Origin: a virus
Length of the DNA: 64,000 bases
Reading direction: 5' to 3' (one strand)
IMG/VR virus record: IMGVR_UViG_3300025834_000005
Notes under the pieces: generated by a model
What the model was told of the DNA's origin: nothing
Databases searched by the model: none
Seen by the model: the letters and a program-made list of their open reading frames with translations, nothing else
Part shown: positions 19,823 through 28,050 of the stretch, piece after piece
Layout: the number at the start of each line of letters is the position of its first letter
How positions within the stretch are numbered: the first letter of the stretch is position 1
Made by a program: the position numbers and the translations under genes

Positions 19823-21105
19823 TTTATAAAGTTAATACATTCGTTGATTATCTCAACTGGTTTTTTATTTCTATTATATTCATCTGACGTTACTATCATT
19901 ATTTCATAGCCCATATCCTTCAATATGTCATATCTAATTTTATCCTTTTTTGAGTTATGCCAATAGTTTCCATTATATTCTATGATCTTGTTTTTGTGCT
20001 TAAAATCCAACATCATAATAATATTCTCATGATTATAAATTTCAGGAATTCTAAGTACGTATTCCTTATTTAAATCGTGAAAATATGTATCGTCTTTATT
20101 GTCCATCAAGTTATAAACGTTAAAAAAAAGTTCTTGAGATATTTTACTAAATCTGTTTGCTTTTAATAGCGACAGGGTTTCCATTTTATTGTTAACATAG
20201 TTTTTATATTTTTCTTCGCCGCTATTTCCATATTTTTTTTCAAACCATTTCAAACTATTAGTGCTATTCTCATGTACATTAGCCTTTCTATTTTTATGAT
20301 ATTGTTCCCAATCAGTACCATAAGTCGATTTAAACCATTCAGTGGATGGGTATTTTGGTTCGCATTTGGCGCAAATTATATTAAACACGCCATTAACGAA
20401 TTTCCAATGCTTTAGGTTTTTATGAATATCGCAATATGTATTAATTTTATTAACTAAAATATATAGCCTATGTGAAAACTTATTTAAGTTTTTATTAAGA
20501 TTATCCATGTGTGACGTGTGATAATAAAGACTTGCAAAGAGTTTAGTATCAGCTGCTATTAATTTTCTGTTTCCAGATTTTCCGAGATACTTGTAATAAT
20601 CATTTTGTAATAATTCAATAGTTTCATCCTTGGTATAGAATTCTTTAATAATATTTATTTTATTTGCTGTTAATTCCCATGATTTTTTTGCTGAGTTTTT
20701 TGCCTTCTCAATAAAATCGCCAGATATTCTATCATATACTAATATTTTACCATCCTTCGTTATTTTATCTATTTCGCCATTATATTTTTTTAGATATAAT
20801 AATTTAGGATATAATGATCTATTCATTGAGCATGTTTGTATTTCCTTTGTATGAATATCGATATCCTTTAGGAGATTCGGGAAATCTTTATTAAACATTC
20901 GGCTTCCACCCTGAATTTTATATTTTTCAATATATATAGTAATTATTTTATTAATTAATTTTTTTCGCATCTGATCATTTAGATATAAATACGTAGACGA
21001 ATTGTTTTGTTCTTTTAATTTATCATATAAATCCTCAATTCTAATTTTTTCGATTATGCCTGTTTGTTTATTTCTTATTGTTAGCAAAGCCTCGCCAAAA
21101 ACGCA
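19499..21105 (-). mobile_element. intein in terL carrying a PD-(D/E)xK-like nuclease domain, interrupted by a stop/start overlap (split-intein architecture)
   Basis: Starts at Cys366 (CVFGEALLTIRNKQTGIIEKIRIEDLYDKL). About 400-aa insert ending LDFKHKNKIIEYNGNYWH. ORF junction ATGCTGA at 19816-19822. Ends HN|C at 19499/19498. Confidence 0.75.
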
Positions 21106-22200
21106 TAGGATTTCCTGTGCGATTTTTTTCATATCGCCGTTGGCATCACGAACCTGTTCTTCGAACCAAGGTGATGAGGCTTCCCAGCCATCATCCATCA
21201 TTTTTATTCTCTGAGCATCTTCCCAACCCTCATCAACTATCTTAATTTCGGTGTCTTTCCCTTTATTTTTAAGCCATACGAGTCCTTTATTGTATCTTGG
21301 GTCGTTATACCACCACAACTCAATAGCACAGAAGTTATTCTTACCTTCCTTTCGTCTTGCACCTTCGAAATTCTTATAAAAAACAGGGTCTAATCCTGAT
21401 GGGGTGCTAACCATAATAGCTCTACCCCCTGTACTTAATGCAGGCTTTGCAGCTGTCCAAAACTTATCTGATTTTTCAGTCCAAGCAGTTTCATCCCAGA
21501 ATAATAACGTTGGCGTAGTACCACGAAGTCCACTCTTTGCTGAGAATGCACCCAAGGCTGAATTATTATCATAACGTTTTAATTTCTGAGTATCTTTATA
21601 ACTTTTATCAGTCCCAGCACCTTTACCTGTTTTTGGCTTAAGCCAATCAGGACAGCCCTCAATAAATTCTACAACATCATTCATCAACTCATCACGAGCT
21701 GTTTCAAGTTTATCTGCGACAATGGCAGCGGTTCTGTTACTATTAAACATAACATACCATGCGATATACGCACACGTAGCCGTTGAAATACCAGCCTGTC
21801 TATATTTATTAGCAATGTTAAATCTCTCATCGAGATATGATTGTATTAATCTTTTTTGGAATACGAATAATTTAAATGGCACAATTCGTCCAGCCACACC
21901 CTGCGTCTGGTCAAATATTGTTAAATAAGTTTCGATAAAATACATTGGACTTGATACACATCTGATAATCTCACATTCCTGTTCAGACATGTTTAATTCA
22001 CTTGCTTTTTTTATCGATCCATTTGCAGTGATTATAATGGGTTCTACTTTTCCAGAAGATTTACGTAAGTCTTTAGCCAGCTTTCTCTGTTCCTCTTTCT
22101 TTTGTAAGTCGGAAGCACTGAATGCTGCTACTGCTGGTATATGTTCGGGGAATTGATTGTCATCAATTTCTGACGAATCTTCTGATTTTTTTACTGCCAT
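19816..22200 (-). CDS. terL: terminase large subunit, N-terminal fragment: ATPase domain + short intein N-part + nuclease-like domain
   Basis: ATPase motifs YRQAGISTA (Walker A-like), LLFWDETAW (Walker B), MVSTPSG. Intein block A begins at aa 366. Confidence 0.8.
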   Translation of the reverse strand: MAVKKSEDSSEIDDNQFPEHIPAVAAFSASDLQKKEEQRKLAKDLRKSSGKVEPIIITANGSIKKASELNMSEQECEIIRCVSSPMYFIETYLTIFDQTQGVAGRIVPFKLFVFQKRLIQSYLDERFNIANKYRQAGISTATCAYIAWYVMFNSNRTAAIVADKLETARDELMNDVVEFIEGCPDWLKPKTGKGAGTDKSYKDTQKLKRYDNNSALGAFSAKSGLRGTTPTLLFWDETAWTEKSDKFWTAAKPALSTGGRAIMVSTPSGLDPVFYKNFEGARRKEGKNNFCAIELWWYNDPRYNKGLVWLKNKGKDTEIKIVDEGWEDAQRIKMMDDGWEASSPWFEEQVRDANGDMKKIAQEILCVFGEALLTIRNKQTGIIEKIRIEDLYDKLKEQNNSSTYLYLNDQMRKKLINKIITIYIEKYKIQGGSRMFNKDFPNLLKDIDIHTKEIQTCSMNRSLYPKLLYLKKYNGEIDKITKDGKILVYDRISGDFIEKAKNSAKKSWELTANKINIIKEFYTKDETIELLQNDYYKYLGKSGNRKLIAADTKLFASLYYHTSHMDNLNKNLNKFSHRLYILVNKINTYCDIHKNLKHWKFVNGVFNIICAKCEPKYPSTEWFKSTYGTDWEQYHKNRKANVHENSTNSLKWFEKKYGNSGEEKYKNYVNNKMETLSLLKANRFSKISQELFFNVYNLMDNKDDTYFHDLNKEYVLRIPEIYNHENIIMMLDFKHKNKIIEYNGNYWHNSKKDKIRYDILKDMGYEIMIVTSDEYNRNKKPVEIINECINFIKC

Positions 22201-22210
22201 GTTTTAAATA

Positions 22211-22687
22211 TTAAAATCTAATAGATGATACCTCGATAAACTCATCATTTTTTAGTATTATCTTTCGTCTGCTAAATATCTCTTTAACTCTCTCCAATGT
22301 CATTCCATAATGAAATACAAGTAGAGGCTTATCTTCCGAAGCTTCGATAAGTTTTTCGAATTGCTCATAGCCGTTATCGCTTTCTCTCTCAGTTTCATAT
22401 GCTAATGCATGTATAGTGTGAACACCATGCATGTATTCACGTGTCACGTCATCATGCAGACAAAATAAATCAAATGATGATGTTTTTAAACTTATGATAG
22501 CACCGATATATTCCTCTGCTGGTGGTATAGCGTTTCCATATGCTGGAATTAAATCCCAACACCATTCCTTAACCTCTATATTCGTAGGATCGTTTGAAAA
22601 GATAAATTCAAAAAGACCATCGCCCTTTGAATTATAACCTATTTTTAAAACATATATTAACTGCAAACCTTCTTCATCGTATTCCAT
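22211..22687 (-). CDS. hypothetical protein
   Basis: 158-aa ORF upstream of terL in the same operon. Confidence 0.6.
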   Translation of the reverse strand: MEYDEEGLQLIYVLKIGYNSKGDGLFEFIFSNDPTNIEVKEWCWDLIPAYGNAIPPAEEYIGAIISLKTSSFDLFCLHDDVTREYMHGVHTIHALAYETERESDNGYEQFEKLIEASEDKPLLVFHYGMTLERVKEIFSRRKIILKNDEFIEVSSIRF

Positions 22688-22698
22688 AACATTACTTT

Positions 22699-22712
22699 TA
22701 TATTAAATAGTG
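22699..22712 (-). promoter_or_regulatory. phage-specific upstream motif (sense CACTATTTAATATA)
   Basis: 12 nt upstream of ATG 22687. Confidence 0.45.
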
Positions 22713-22742
22713 TCTAATTTGTTTTTTACAATTTTTTATAAA

Positions 22743-22775
22743 AAACAAATGCCTCTATATAAGAGGCATTTGTTT
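22743..22775 (-). terminator. intrinsic terminator
   Basis: aaacaaatgcctc-tatataa-gaggcatttgttt hairpin downstream of the 861-aa ORF. Confidence 0.75.
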
Positions 22776-22793
22776 TATTTTCAATAATATTAA

Positions 22794-25379
22794 TTACTTT
22801 TTGTTCAATTTGATGAATTCAGCATACTGTTTATTAATAACAGCATCCAATCTTTTCATTTGCGGCGATTTAGCACTTTCGCTTAATCTTGCTTTCTTTT
22901 TTCCAGTCACTTCAAGTAAATGGTTTTGAACATATGTTTTGAAAACATCTTCAACTGTTTCATTTACTTTAGCTTTCTTTTTAGCTTTACCTTCGTTCAT
23001 CGTAACGTTTACTGTTTTTGACTGTGCGTCAACATTAACATTAACGCCAGCACCTGTGCTTACAGTTGCTAACGGCGACGGTGAAACTGCTCCGAGTGAT
23101 TGTGTGTCAGTTGCGAACATACTTTCAGGTTCGGTTTCGTTGGTATCGCCAACAGTATCGATATCAGGCTCGGTACTATCTTCCTTTCCAAGATCAATAT
23201 CTTCAATATTTTCAAGATCGTCATCAGCCTCATTAATACCATCTGATGCACCTGCAACAACATATGTTGCATCATTTCCGTATACATGATTAACACCAGC
23301 ATTCATCTTTTTGGCATATGCATCAGCTTCTTCTTTAGTATCGAAACCTTGTTTAAGTGTTCCTTTATCGTCTTTCTTATATTTATCCTTTTTAAAGTTT
23401 ACTTTGAATGGAAGATCATCCTCTTCTTTAATTAAAGTGTTACCACCCTCAAGTTCACCCTCATTTTGAGCATTAAACTTGCTTAGGTTTGTTTCGCCAT
23501 TAGGTACTCTTAATTGATTGCTTAATGTGTGCAATACAGAAGCATAGTTTACAGGTTTTCCACCGTTTTTAACGGTTGCAGCGTTCAATGCATCGATCTT
23601 TGCTTTCAACTCCTGAGCAATTTTAGCTACAGCACCGACAGCTGAATTCTGATTGCTATTTCTATAATCCTTTTCAACACTCTTATAAGCGTCTTTAGCA
23701 CCATTCGCTACAGCGTTAGCTGCATTACCTACGCCAGTTGCCACATTGTTAGCAGCACCAGCAACAGCATTACCCACACCCTTAGCGGCATTACCCACAC
23801 CAGTTGCTACATTGTTAGCAGCACCAGCAACAGCGTTACCCACACCCTTGGCAGCACCAGCAACAGCACCAGCACCTTTTCCAGCTAATTTACCAACACC
23901 TCTACCAACAGCACCAGCAAGATTCCCCCAGTTTAATTCATTAATCTTCAACTGTTTGTCTTCGTCTGTTGATTCGCTTAGTTTCATGATCTCTGGTTTA
24001 AGAACCTCATTAACATAAGTTTCGTGACCATAATCGTTTACTAATGATTCGTTTACGTCGTCATTGGTGTATAATGAAACTGTTTCAGCGTCGCCGTTAT
24101 TTTTTCCGTCTTTATGTGCGTTAGCATAACCAGAAATAAGACTTCCCATTTCATCGTCGCCACATTCCATAATGCTTTCTTTTGTGTAACCTCTTGATTC
24201 TGCGTATTGAACAAATCCACCGCACTCATTACAAGTCTCTGCGTTTTCATTCATTCTCATTACCTGATTCAATGGTATATTATATCCGTTTGGATCAATA
24301 ACTGGTTCTGATTCGCCAGTTTCTTCATTTGGGACATATTCAATTTCAAGCCAGTCAGATGTTTTTGGATCATCTGAACCAAATGCATCACGTACTTTTG
24401 CTGAATCTCCTGAACTATCTATCATAATCTCATATCCGCCACTATTTGATACAGTATACGACCCGTTTGGTGTGAATTCCTCGTCGCCGAATCCAGCTGT
24501 TTCATCAACTTCGTCTGGCATGCTATTTTCAAGGTCTTGTTCGCCACCAGTATTTGTTTTTAATATTTTGTTTGCAATCTCTTTTCTATCTTCAACCTCA
24601 ATTTCAGGTAGTTTGTCTTTAAAAGATGCTACAAGTGAAGCTAAATATGATTTGGTTTGTTCAGGAGTCATTTCAGCTTTTCTGATGGTGTTTGTTAACT
24701 TGCCAATTGATTTCTCAATCGCCTTATTAATGTCATCGCCCTCAGCACCTTCTTCGCCACCCATATCGGCAGGCATTTCTTCACCGCTCATATCAGCAGG
24801 CATCTCATCACCCATTTCTCCACCAGCACCCATATCGCCAGCACCGTCGCTCATATCAGCACCCATACCTGTTTCTGCTCCCATTTCGTCGCCAGCACCC
24901 ATGTTACCGCCATCATTAGCAGTAATTTCTGGTGATGCTTTTTCAGCGGCTGTTGCTGCTTCAAGATTATCTAAAGAATCTTCAGATTTTTCAATTTCAT
25001 CACCAGCAATATCTTCATTTAGAACCATTTTGCTAACATTACCGTTAACTTTGATCCCAGATGCTCTATTCATATCGGTAATCATGAAATTTCTCTGTTT
25101 TTCAGATTCAGCAAGCGTTGAAAATTGGAATGATGTGATATTCTCAAGTCCACCAATGTATGTAAAATCTGATGCGTCTGGATTTAATTTTGTACCACCT
25201 CTTTTTATGTAATAGTTATGGTTTTCCTTAATAATACCAAAGGCGATCCCTTCATTATTTCTCTTAATGTCTACCAAAGTACCGATATTTCTATCGTTGA
25301 TTTTAGCTTTAAAATCCTTTATTTCAGATAATTCTTGAAGTCTGTTGTAGAACGCTTCTTTAGATGTATTTTTTTTCAT
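22794..25379 (-). CDS. large low-complexity protein (acidic Met/Gly/Asp repeats, Gly/Ala/Val/Asn repeats, Lys-rich tail)
   Basis: 861-aa ORF. Antisense ORFs in the track are low-complexity shadows. N-terminus NRLQELSEI resembles the RLFE leader family. Confidence 0.65.
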   Translation of the reverse strand: MKKNTSKEAFYNRLQELSEIKDFKAKINDRNIGTLVDIKRNNEGIAFGIIKENHNYYIKRGGTKLNPDASDFTYIGGLENITSFQFSTLAESEKQRNFMITDMNRASGIKVNGNVSKMVLNEDIAGDEIEKSEDSLDNLEAATAAEKASPEITANDGGNMGAGDEMGAETGMGADMSDGAGDMGAGGEMGDEMPADMSGEEMPADMGGEEGAEGDDINKAIEKSIGKLTNTIRKAEMTPEQTKSYLASLVASFKDKLPEIEVEDRKEIANKILKTNTGGEQDLENSMPDEVDETAGFGDEEFTPNGSYTVSNSGGYEIMIDSSGDSAKVRDAFGSDDPKTSDWLEIEYVPNEETGESEPVIDPNGYNIPLNQVMRMNENAETCNECGGFVQYAESRGYTKESIMECGDDEMGSLISGYANAHKDGKNNGDAETVSLYTNDDVNESLVNDYGHETYVNEVLKPEIMKLSESTDEDKQLKINELNWGNLAGAVGRGVGKLAGKGAGAVAGAAKGVGNAVAGAANNVATGVGNAAKGVGNAVAGAANNVATGVGNAANAVANGAKDAYKSVEKDYRNSNQNSAVGAVAKIAQELKAKIDALNAATVKNGGKPVNYASVLHTLSNQLRVPNGETNLSKFNAQNEGELEGGNTLIKEEDDLPFKVNFKKDKYKKDDKGTLKQGFDTKEEADAYAKKMNAGVNHVYGNDATYVVAGASDGINEADDDLENIEDIDLGKEDSTEPDIDTVGDTNETEPESMFATDTQSLGAVSPSPLATVSTGAGVNVNVDAQSKTVNVTMNEGKAKKKAKVNETVEDVFKTYVQNHLLEVTGKKKARLSESAKSPQMKRLDAVINKQYAEFIKLNKK
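23722..23853 (-). repeat. tandem 2 x 66-nt in-frame repeat
   Basis: Near-identical copies at 23722-23787 and 23788-23853, encoding KGVGNAVAGAANNVATGVGNAA units. Confidence 0.8.
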
Positions 25380-25419
25380 TGTAAAATTTTTATCTTTTTA
25401 TTTCTTATTTACTAAGTTT

Positions 25420-25431
25420 TATATAAATAGT
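25420..25431 (-). promoter_or_regulatory. phage-specific upstream motif (sense ACTATTTATATA)
   Basis: 41 nt upstream of ATG 25379. Confidence 0.45.
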
Positions 25432-25473
25432 TTATTTTTTAGTAAAATAAACAATATCTTATTTTTTATTACT

Positions 25474-26241
25474 TTACTGATCTAAAGTCAGTTCATCGTC
25501 AAGTCTCTTATTTTTCTCTTCTATCAATTTTCTTAAATAGCCATTATTTCGTAAAATCTTGAAGACCAGATTTTCTACAGAGTACTCACCGTTAGCATCC
25601 AAGCCTGCTTTTCTATATTTTTTTAGTTTATTTAGGAATTTAGTATAAGATTTGTAGAAGTGATTATTATCCTTTATTGTGCCAAGTTCATCGATTGCAT
25701 CCATTATTTCATTTGCCTTTGTCATAATGGCACTCGTATCAATGTTTACAATTTTTTTTATTGGTTTTGCAAGCCACTCGTTTTTAATTAAAGAGTATAT
25801 ACCAGTCGATCTATGAGACTCTTTAGAATCTTGAACATATGTCTCAACATCATACCCTTTTACGGTTATCTCATGCTTATTAGACCATAAGTCCTTTTTT
25901 AATTTAAAGTAGTCATTTACGAACTCTTCGTTGTCAGATACCTGATCATAATCAAGTATGATATGTATGTCAATATCAGATGTTTCATTATAGTTATAAT
26001 TAGCCATGCTACCAGTTAATACAATATCATGATACTTCAAATTCTCAATATCGCAAAACTCTAAAAAACGTTTTACATTTAAAAGTAGTTGTTTTCTAAT
26101 CTCTGGCTTTAGATTATTTGATTCATCCCATATGGCTGGGTTTAGAACATCTTTCATTTTTAAAGCAGTTGCATCAACCTCTTCAGGCTGTAATACTTCT
26201 TTAATTAGCTTTGTGACATTACCTTTATTAATATGATTCAT
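25474..26241 (-). CDS. Pol-beta-superfamily nucleotidyltransferase-fold protein
   Basis: LTGSMANYNYNETSDIDIHII matches hG[GS]-x(9-13)-DhDh. A third acidic residue is possible in YDVETYV. Confidence 0.6.
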   Translation of the reverse strand: MNHINKGNVTKLIKEVLQPEEVDATALKMKDVLNPAIWDESNNLKPEIRKQLLLNVKRFLEFCDIENLKYHDIVLTGSMANYNYNETSDIDIHIILDYDQVSDNEEFVNDYFKLKKDLWSNKHEITVKGYDVETYVQDSKESHRSTGIYSLIKNEWLAKPIKKIVNIDTSAIMTKANEIMDAIDELGTIKDNNHFYKSYTKFLNKLKKYRKAGLDANGEYSVENLVFKILRNNGYLRKLIEEKNKRLDDELTLDQ

Positions 26242-26283
26242 TTCTGATTATTTATTGTTTCGAATATTCAACGTAATTTTTTT

Positions 26284-26296
26284 ATTATAAATACAG
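26284..26296 (-). promoter_or_regulatory. phage-specific upstream motif (sense CTGTATTTATAAT)
   Basis: 43 nt upstream of ATG 26241. Confidence 0.45.
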
Positions 26297-26315
26297 TCCT
26301 ATAATATATTAAATC

Positions 26316-26326
26316 AGTATTTATAT
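26316..26326 (+). promoter_or_regulatory. phage-specific upstream motif (AGTATTTATAT)
   Basis: 23 nt upstream of ATG 26349. Heads the first fibre operon. Confidence 0.55.
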
Positions 26327-26348
26327 ATTAAAAACATTTAAACCATAA

Positions 26349-28046
26349 ATGAGTATAAATAAAGAGTTAATAAACAGTCTGGCGGTTAATATCGATATTA
26401 GCGATAATAAATCGTGGAATCTTGGCAATGAGTACATTGTCAAAAGTATTAATGGAATTAATTCCGTAAAGGTTAATGAATTAACTTTGCCAGATTTTGG
26501 TTTAACTGGTATTGATAATGGTAGAGTGCCTCATATTGGCGATGGCTATTATATTAATCCTTCCGATAATAAATTAATTCTAAAAAGAGTTGGCTATTAT
26601 TCGGTGTCTGGTGACACCATTAATTATGATGGCTATGAGGTGAATCCTGTTACAGGCACAACTGTGGGAAATTATCTTAGTCTTGTCGATGGATATTTTC
26701 AAGGATTCTTCAAATTAAATGGCTATGATTATGAATTATTACCTGCTCGTTATAATAATGGTATAACAATTGAAACTTTAATCGAAATATTGCCTGAAAG
26801 TGCTGGCATATTCTATTCGATGGGTCTTAGATCAGAAGATAAATATTCTCAAGCATATTACGGTGAAACATATATTGTAAGCGGAACAACCATAGCATAT
26901 AACGGAAACTTATCAGGCACAACATATACTTTAACAGGTGTTACAACATCAATGGGTCATTACCTTGCTGGGTATGACAAATTAGATGCAACGTATTCTA
27001 ACTTTAGACAGCCAGAAGATTCAAAGGTTGTTATTGATCTTGACATTTTACAGGTTGAAAACATTAAAAACAATATCATTGCTTTTGAGATCACAAGTGA
27101 TAAAAGAGTTGGCTGTAAATATGTTAATTCGGATGGGAATTTAATTCAGATTTGTTCACCAAATACCATAACCAGAACAGGCTGGACATTAATAGATATT
27201 GTGTTCACTCCTGATAATCTTATTGCTAATTACGATCCTGATAAAGCTCAATGCTATAAGCAGAGAAAAGGCACATTAAGCATTTATCTTAACGGCGGTT
27301 TATTCTGGTCAATAACTAATTTTGATGAATTTTATTTTAGGGGTATAAAAAACGATGATGAAAAACAACTTGGTATACCTTATAATATAAGCTGGGGTGG
27401 CGGAACATTTGGGTTGAAACATTCATTGCATTATACAGACTTCGATAAGACTTCGTTAACTCTTGATCCTTCTAAATATGATCAGTTTATGGAGCATAAC
27501 TTCGATAGTTCATATATTGGTAATATTCAGATTCTTAGAGTGTATGATAAAGCACTTGTGAATGATGAGGTTCGAAAAAATGCATTACTTTTAGCGTTAT
27601 CCAATGAGTTCTACGGAATGCCTATGTTGAGAGGCGGCAGATTAATAAACAGATTAAGTCAGAATATTGCTGTGTATCAAATAAATGCTGGGTCTGATAT
27701 CAGAAAATCTATAAAATATAGAAATACCGACGGTACATATAAAAACTTGTTTGGTATGCTTGACATAAAAGTAGTTATAAAGAGTAGAAGCAATCCATCA
27801 GTCGAAATTGTTAAGTATAAAAAGATGGCAGAAACTGGATGGATTTCATTAATTTATGTTAATGATTATCTGTATGACTTTATTGTTCCTAATGATATAA
27901 CTGCATTATATCCTAATGAGGTGCTATTCGCCGAGATTAAATTCCAATGGACTGATTTATCAGATATCGATGGCGTTTATGATAAGATATTTATAACGAA
28001 TATTATTAATACTGGCTTGGTTGATAATTCAGTAAAAAATTATTAA
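26349..28046 (+). CDS. putative tail/baseplate-associated structural protein (possible ConA/LamG-like fold)
   Basis: 565-aa ORF, first in the fibre operon. GTLSIYLNGGLFW resembles a LamG core strand. Weak assignment. Confidence 0.45.
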   Translation: MSINKELINSLAVNIDISDNKSWNLGNEYIVKSINGINSVKVNELTLPDFGLTGIDNGRVPHIGDGYYINPSDNKLILKRVGYYSVSGDTINYDGYEVNPVTGTTVGNYLSLVDGYFQGFFKLNGYDYELLPARYNNGITIETLIEILPESAGIFYSMGLRSEDKYSQAYYGETYIVSGTTIAYNGNLSGTTYTLTGVTTSMGHYLAGYDKLDATYSNFRQPEDSKVVIDLDILQVENIKNNIIAFEITSDKRVGCKYVNSDGNLIQICSPNTITRTGWTLIDIVFTPDNLIANYDPDKAQCYKQRKGTLSIYLNGGLFWSITNFDEFYFRGIKNDDEKQLGIPYNISWGGGTFGLKHSLHYTDFDKTSLTLDPSKYDQFMEHNFDSSYIGNIQILRVYDKALVNDEVRKNALLLALSNEFYGMPMLRGGRLINRLSQNIAVYQINAGSDIRKSIKYRNTDGTYKNLFGMLDIKVVIKSRSNPSVEIVKYKKMAETGWISLIYVNDYLYDFIVPNDITALYPNEVLFAEIKFQWTDLSDIDGVYDKIFITNIINTGLVDNSVKNY

Positions 28047-28050
28047 TATA

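Noticed and set aside
24472-25212. 246-aa plus-strand ORF, with others at 22939-23289 and 23746-24018, opposite the 861-aa gene
   Set aside because: Ser/Pro/Ala-rich shadows caused by the low-complexity repeats of the minus-strand gene. No start context or motif upstream.
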